A DNA stretch of 9,996 bases from an uncultured Gammaproteobacteria bacterium (GTDB lineage: Bacteria > Patescibacteriota > Microgenomatia > Daviesbacterales > UBA10151). Of this stretch, positions 7,552 to 9,996 are shown piece after piece; position 1 is the stretch's first letter, and each line of letters starts with the position of its first letter. Location of the stretch: assembly GCA_964522265.1 (NCBI GenBank), contig CAZFVS010000024.1, positions 1 to 9,996 on the forward strand, written 5' to 3'. The notes under the pieces are model-generated. The model was not told where the DNA came from. It searched no databases and worked only from the letters and a program-made list of their open reading frames with translations. The position numbers and the translations under genes are program-made.

Positions 7552-9104
7552 CTGCTCGGTATTTGCTTAATATAACGGTACACAAATACCGTTAAAGCGA
7601 TAATATAGCTGAGTAACAATAACATTAACCAGCTTCCCTTTAGCAACAACGGTTTGTACTGGCTGGCTTGCAATATGAACATATTGAGATTTGATAAATC
7701 GTAGTAACTTTTTGCAATCAACCACACCGCTGCAAAATTCAGTGAAATCATCCCCAAGCCAATTAATTTAACCCAAATTTTTTTAAATTTTCCGAACTTT
7801 TCAGGGATAATAGTTATTAAACCAATGAGCAAAAGTGCCATGTGTGCAACTATAGTTGGGAAAAAATATCTTCCTTGCAATCCGAAAGAAAAATAATGAT
7901 TTTGAAAAAATATATAGTTCCAAAATAAGATTCCCGAAAAATAAATCAGAGACACTAGTAACATATACAGCAAATACCAGTCCTCCTGAGTTCTTTTCTT
8001 CAGAATAAATATGAGTTTCAAAAATAAGCCTATGCTTGCAAGAATCATTATTCTATTTAAAGCTCTGATTACTTCAATCGGAAAAACGACTCCCAACCAA
8101 TCAAATACTCCCCAATACCAAGGGATTGTTTCATGTAACCCCCTGTTTAAGCTTTGTTTGAAAAAATCAATAGGATTCGTAAGGCTTGTTAAAGTTCCCG
8201 GAAAAAAGCTCTGTGGATACATCTTCTCTACCAACTGATAAAATGACGAGTTACTGACATTTACAACCAACATAAATATTATTAATAAAAAAAGGGTTGT
8301 AAAAAGTATTTTTGTCAATATTTTTATTTCGCTTAAATATAACTTTAAAACAAGGGCGGTCAAAAATATCGGTAAGGCGATAATAAATTGAGGTTTTGTC
8401 AGATATAAAAGTAGGAGTGCAGTAATAAAAATAAATGTTGTTTTTTTCCCCATACCTTTTTTTAGAACAAGAAGGCCTGCATAAATAATAACTGTAAAAA
8501 GTAAATTGTTTAAATTATCGCTGTTGACTCCTGCAGACACAAAAGATAGCATTGGCTGAAATGCAACCATAACAGTCAAGGTGTATTGAAACAAATTATT
8601 TTTAGGAAAAATAACCTTGCTTATTAATATTGTGAAGTAAACCATTGCTAGTCCCAACAGTATCGAAACCATCCTGGCGGCAAATACTCTGGTTATCAAT
8701 CCCGAATTGTAAAAAAATTTATAGGCAATTGATGTGATCAAATAATACAGAGGTGGATAATTAGCTGCTTCTTGTTTAACTAATTCTTTTCTGTATCCAG
8801 AAGATAAATTATTTATTTCATTTTCATATTTTCCAATTAAAGAGTGTGTGTATTCAATTTTATACTCCGGGTGGTAAGTAAATCTATTGTTTCCACTTAT
8901 ATCACGCAAAGTTCCGAGTAATCTTTCCGATTCAAGAATTTCCCTGTTTAAATCTACAGGGGAAGAGGGCATTTTATTAAATTCCGAGTAGTATGCAACT
9001 TGGGCAAAATGAGCCTGTTCATCGGGGGTATGCCACATTGGCACAAGGGATAAGAATACCAGTTCTTTGAAGGTAGCGGTTAGAAGAAGTAGAAAAATCA
9101 ACAT
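7548..9104 (-). CDS. Polytopic membrane protein, DUF2142-like (PDExxH motif), putative GT-C-type glycosyltransferase, 518 aa
   Basis: ATG at 9102..9104, first gene of the minus-strand cluster. N-terminal TM, then WHTPDEQAHFAQVAYY (PDEQAH = 9009..9026), which matches my recollection of the conserved N-terminal PDExxH motif of DUF2142 proteins. A ~100-aa hydrophilic loop ends in EAANYPPLYYLI, followed by many TM segments. Stop TGA at 7548..7550. Confidence 0.55.
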   Translation of the reverse strand: MLIFLLLLTATFKELVFLSLVPMWHTPDEQAHFAQVAYYSEFNKMPSSPVDLNREILESERLLGTLRDISGNNRFTYHPEYKIEYTHSLIGKYENEINNLSSGYRKELVKQEAANYPPLYYLITSIAYKFFYNSGLITRVFAARMVSILLGLAMVYFTILISKVIFPKNNLFQYTLTVMVAFQPMLSFVSAGVNSDNLNNLLFTVIIYAGLLVLKKGMGKKTTFIFITALLLLYLTKPQFIIALPIFLTALVLKLYLSEIKILTKILFTTLFLLIIFMLVVNVSNSSFYQLVEKMYPQSFFPGTLTSLTNPIDFFKQSLNRGLHETIPWYWGVFDWLGVVFPIEVIRALNRIMILASIGLFLKLIFILKKRTQEDWYLLYMLLVSLIYFSGILFWNYIFFQNHYFSFGLQGRYFFPTIVAHMALLLIGLITIIPEKFGKFKKIWVKLIGLGMISLNFAAVWLIAKSYYDLSNLNMFILQASQYKPLLLKGSWLMLLLLSYIIALTVFVYRYIKQIPSR

Positions 9105-9192
9105 TATCAGGGGTAAATTTACTCTTTTGATAAAACTAATGCAACAAGATGATATTTTTTAAAGTATTTGCTATATTAGGGACACAAAATTT
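9105..9192. promoter_or_regulatory. Divergent intergenic control region between the GT-C operon and the ABC-2 permease gene
   Basis: 88-nt gap between divergent start codons, so it must hold both promoters. Plus-strand candidates: extended -10 tgcTATATT (9169..9177), with atgata (9149..9154) 17 nt upstream. Minus-strand candidates: TTGCAT (complement of 9139..9144), 17 nt, TAAATT (complement of 9116..9121). A possible weak SD AGGGA (9178..9182) lies 10 nt before the 9193 ATG. Such hexamers are frequent by chance in AT-rich DNA. Confidence 0.35.
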
Positions 9193-9996
9193 ATGGAGAA
9201 AGAAATAGTTATCCGGCCAAAACAAAAATGGCAGCTTTTTGACTTAAAAGAACTTTGGCGGTTTAGGGAACTCTTTTTTATATTTGCCTGGCGGGATATA
9301 AAAGTTCGTTATAAACAAACTATTTTAGGTATAGTTTGGGTAATCATCCAACCTCTTGTAACTATGATTATTTTTACATTTTTCTTCGGAAAATTGGCAA
9401 AAATTCCATCCGAAAATTTACCCTATCAATTATTTGTACTAATTGGTCTTGTTTATTGGAATTATTTCTCTGGTGCTGTTACATTAAGCAGCAATGCCTT
9501 GATAGAAAATGTAGATATTTTAAAGAAAGTTTATTTTCCGAAAGAGATTTTACCGTTATCTACGGGTATTACAAGTTTAGCAGATTTTTTTATAAATTTT
9601 TTATTTTTATTTTTTTTCGCCTTAATTCTCGGGTTTACGCCAAAATTATTATTATTAATTTTCACCCCTTTGTTTGTACTCATTATATTTATTACATCTT
9701 CAGGTATCGGCCTGTTACTGTCCTCACTTAATGTTAAATACCGGGATGTGCGTTACATTTTACCGTTTTTTATCCAATCACTTCTTTTCTTATCTCCTGT
9801 GATTTATCCTGCTTCCATGGTAAACCCGGCTTATAAATACTTATTAGCATTAAATCCGATATCTGGAGCTATTGAATCAACAAGAACCCTTTTTGGCAAT
9901 TCTTATAATATAGACATTCTGTATTTACTAATATCTTGTATAAGTGCTCTAATAATTTTTTTATTAGGCCTTTTTTATTTTTTTTCTTCTGAATGT
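9193..9996 (+). CDS. ABC-2 type transporter permease (Wzm/TagG/RfbA-like polysaccharide or teichoic-acid exporter), 3' partial at the window edge (268 codons seen)
   Basis: My hand translation from ATG 9193 gives MEKEIVIRPKQKWQLFDLKELWRFRELFFIFAWRDIKVRYKQTILGIVWVIIQPLVTMIIFTFFFGKLAKIP...YQLFVLIGLVYWNYFSGAV...ILKKVYFPKEILPLS...NVKYRDVRYILPFFIQSLLFLSPVIYP...LNPISGAIE..., with no stop through 9996. An in-frame stop lies upstream at 9160..9162. The RDIKVRYKQT-ILG--W--I-P, G---W-YF and KVYFP-EILP blocks are the classic N-terminal signature of Wzm/TagG ABC-2 permeases. The length seen is close to full for this family. Confidence 0.85.
   Translation, partial: MEKEIVIRPKQKWQLFDLKELWRFRELFFIFAWRDIKVRYKQTILGIVWVIIQPLVTMIIFTFFFGKLAKIPSENLPYQLFVLIGLVYWNYFSGAVTLSSNALIENVDILKKVYFPKEILPLSTGITSLADFFINFLFLFFFALILGFTPKLLLLIFTPLFVLIIFITSSGIGLLLSSLNVKYRDVRYILPFFIQSLLFLSPVIYPASMVNPAYKYLLALNPISGAIESTRTLFGNSYNIDILYLLISCISALIIFLLGLFYFFSSEC

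Noticed and set aside
8011-8238. Plus-strand 75-aa ORF
   Set aside because: It lies antisense inside the DUF2142-like gene, is short and has no motifs or translation signals.
9139-9162. 7-codon upstream mini-ORF (MQQDDIF) 30 nt before the permease start
   Set aside because: It is too short to evaluate, has no SD, and overlaps the candidate promoter hexamers, so it may not even be transcribed. Such ATG...TAA strings are expected by chance in AT-rich DNA.
9336-9731. Plus-strand 131-aa ORF from the track
   Set aside because: It sits on the same strand as, but out of frame with, the open frame from 9193 that gives a textbook ABC-2 permease sequence. Its Cys/Tyr/Phe-rich translation looks non-biological.
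1-9996. Scan for CRISPR repeats, tRNA/rRNA, IS elements or integrases, and defence or toxin-antitoxin modules
   Set aside because: No regularly spaced direct repeats, no tRNA-like cloverleaf segments in the short non-coding gaps, no terminal inverted repeats flanking a transposase-like ORF. Every large ORF is accounted for by membrane or flavoprotein motifs.

Overview
AT-rich (roughly 28-30% G+C by eye) prokaryotic fragment, almost entirely coding. I see no rRNA, tRNA, CRISPR array, transposase/integrase or long DNA repeat. Positions 91..9104 are one tightly packed minus-strand six-gene cluster. Five genes encode large (439-563 aa) polytopic membrane proteins. Each has an Asp/Glu motif right after the first hydrophobic segment, then a Pro-containing motif. 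I associate this pattern with GT-C-fold (ArnT/PMT/Emb-like) glycosyltransferases that use polyprenyl-phosphate-sugar donors. One soluble Rossmann-type FAD/NAD(P) oxidoreductase sits between two of them. Divergently transcribed from 9193 to the window edge is an ABC-2 (Wzm/TagG-type) glycopolymer-exporter permease. It is missing from the supplied ORF track because it has no stop codon inside the window. Best reading: a cell-envelope glycopolymer export plus extracytoplasmic glycosylation locus. Its layout resembles the mycobacterial arabinogalactan assembly line, but homology is not shown. Base composition, weak or absent Shine-Dalgarno sites and the number of GT-C genes fit an uncultivated small-genome lineage (e.g. 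Patescibacteria/CPR); that is inference only. All family assignments come from motif recognition by eye; no database search was possible. The candidate system is the GT-C array plus embedded flavoenzyme plus exporter. I found no evidence of defence, toxin-antitoxin or mobile functions.
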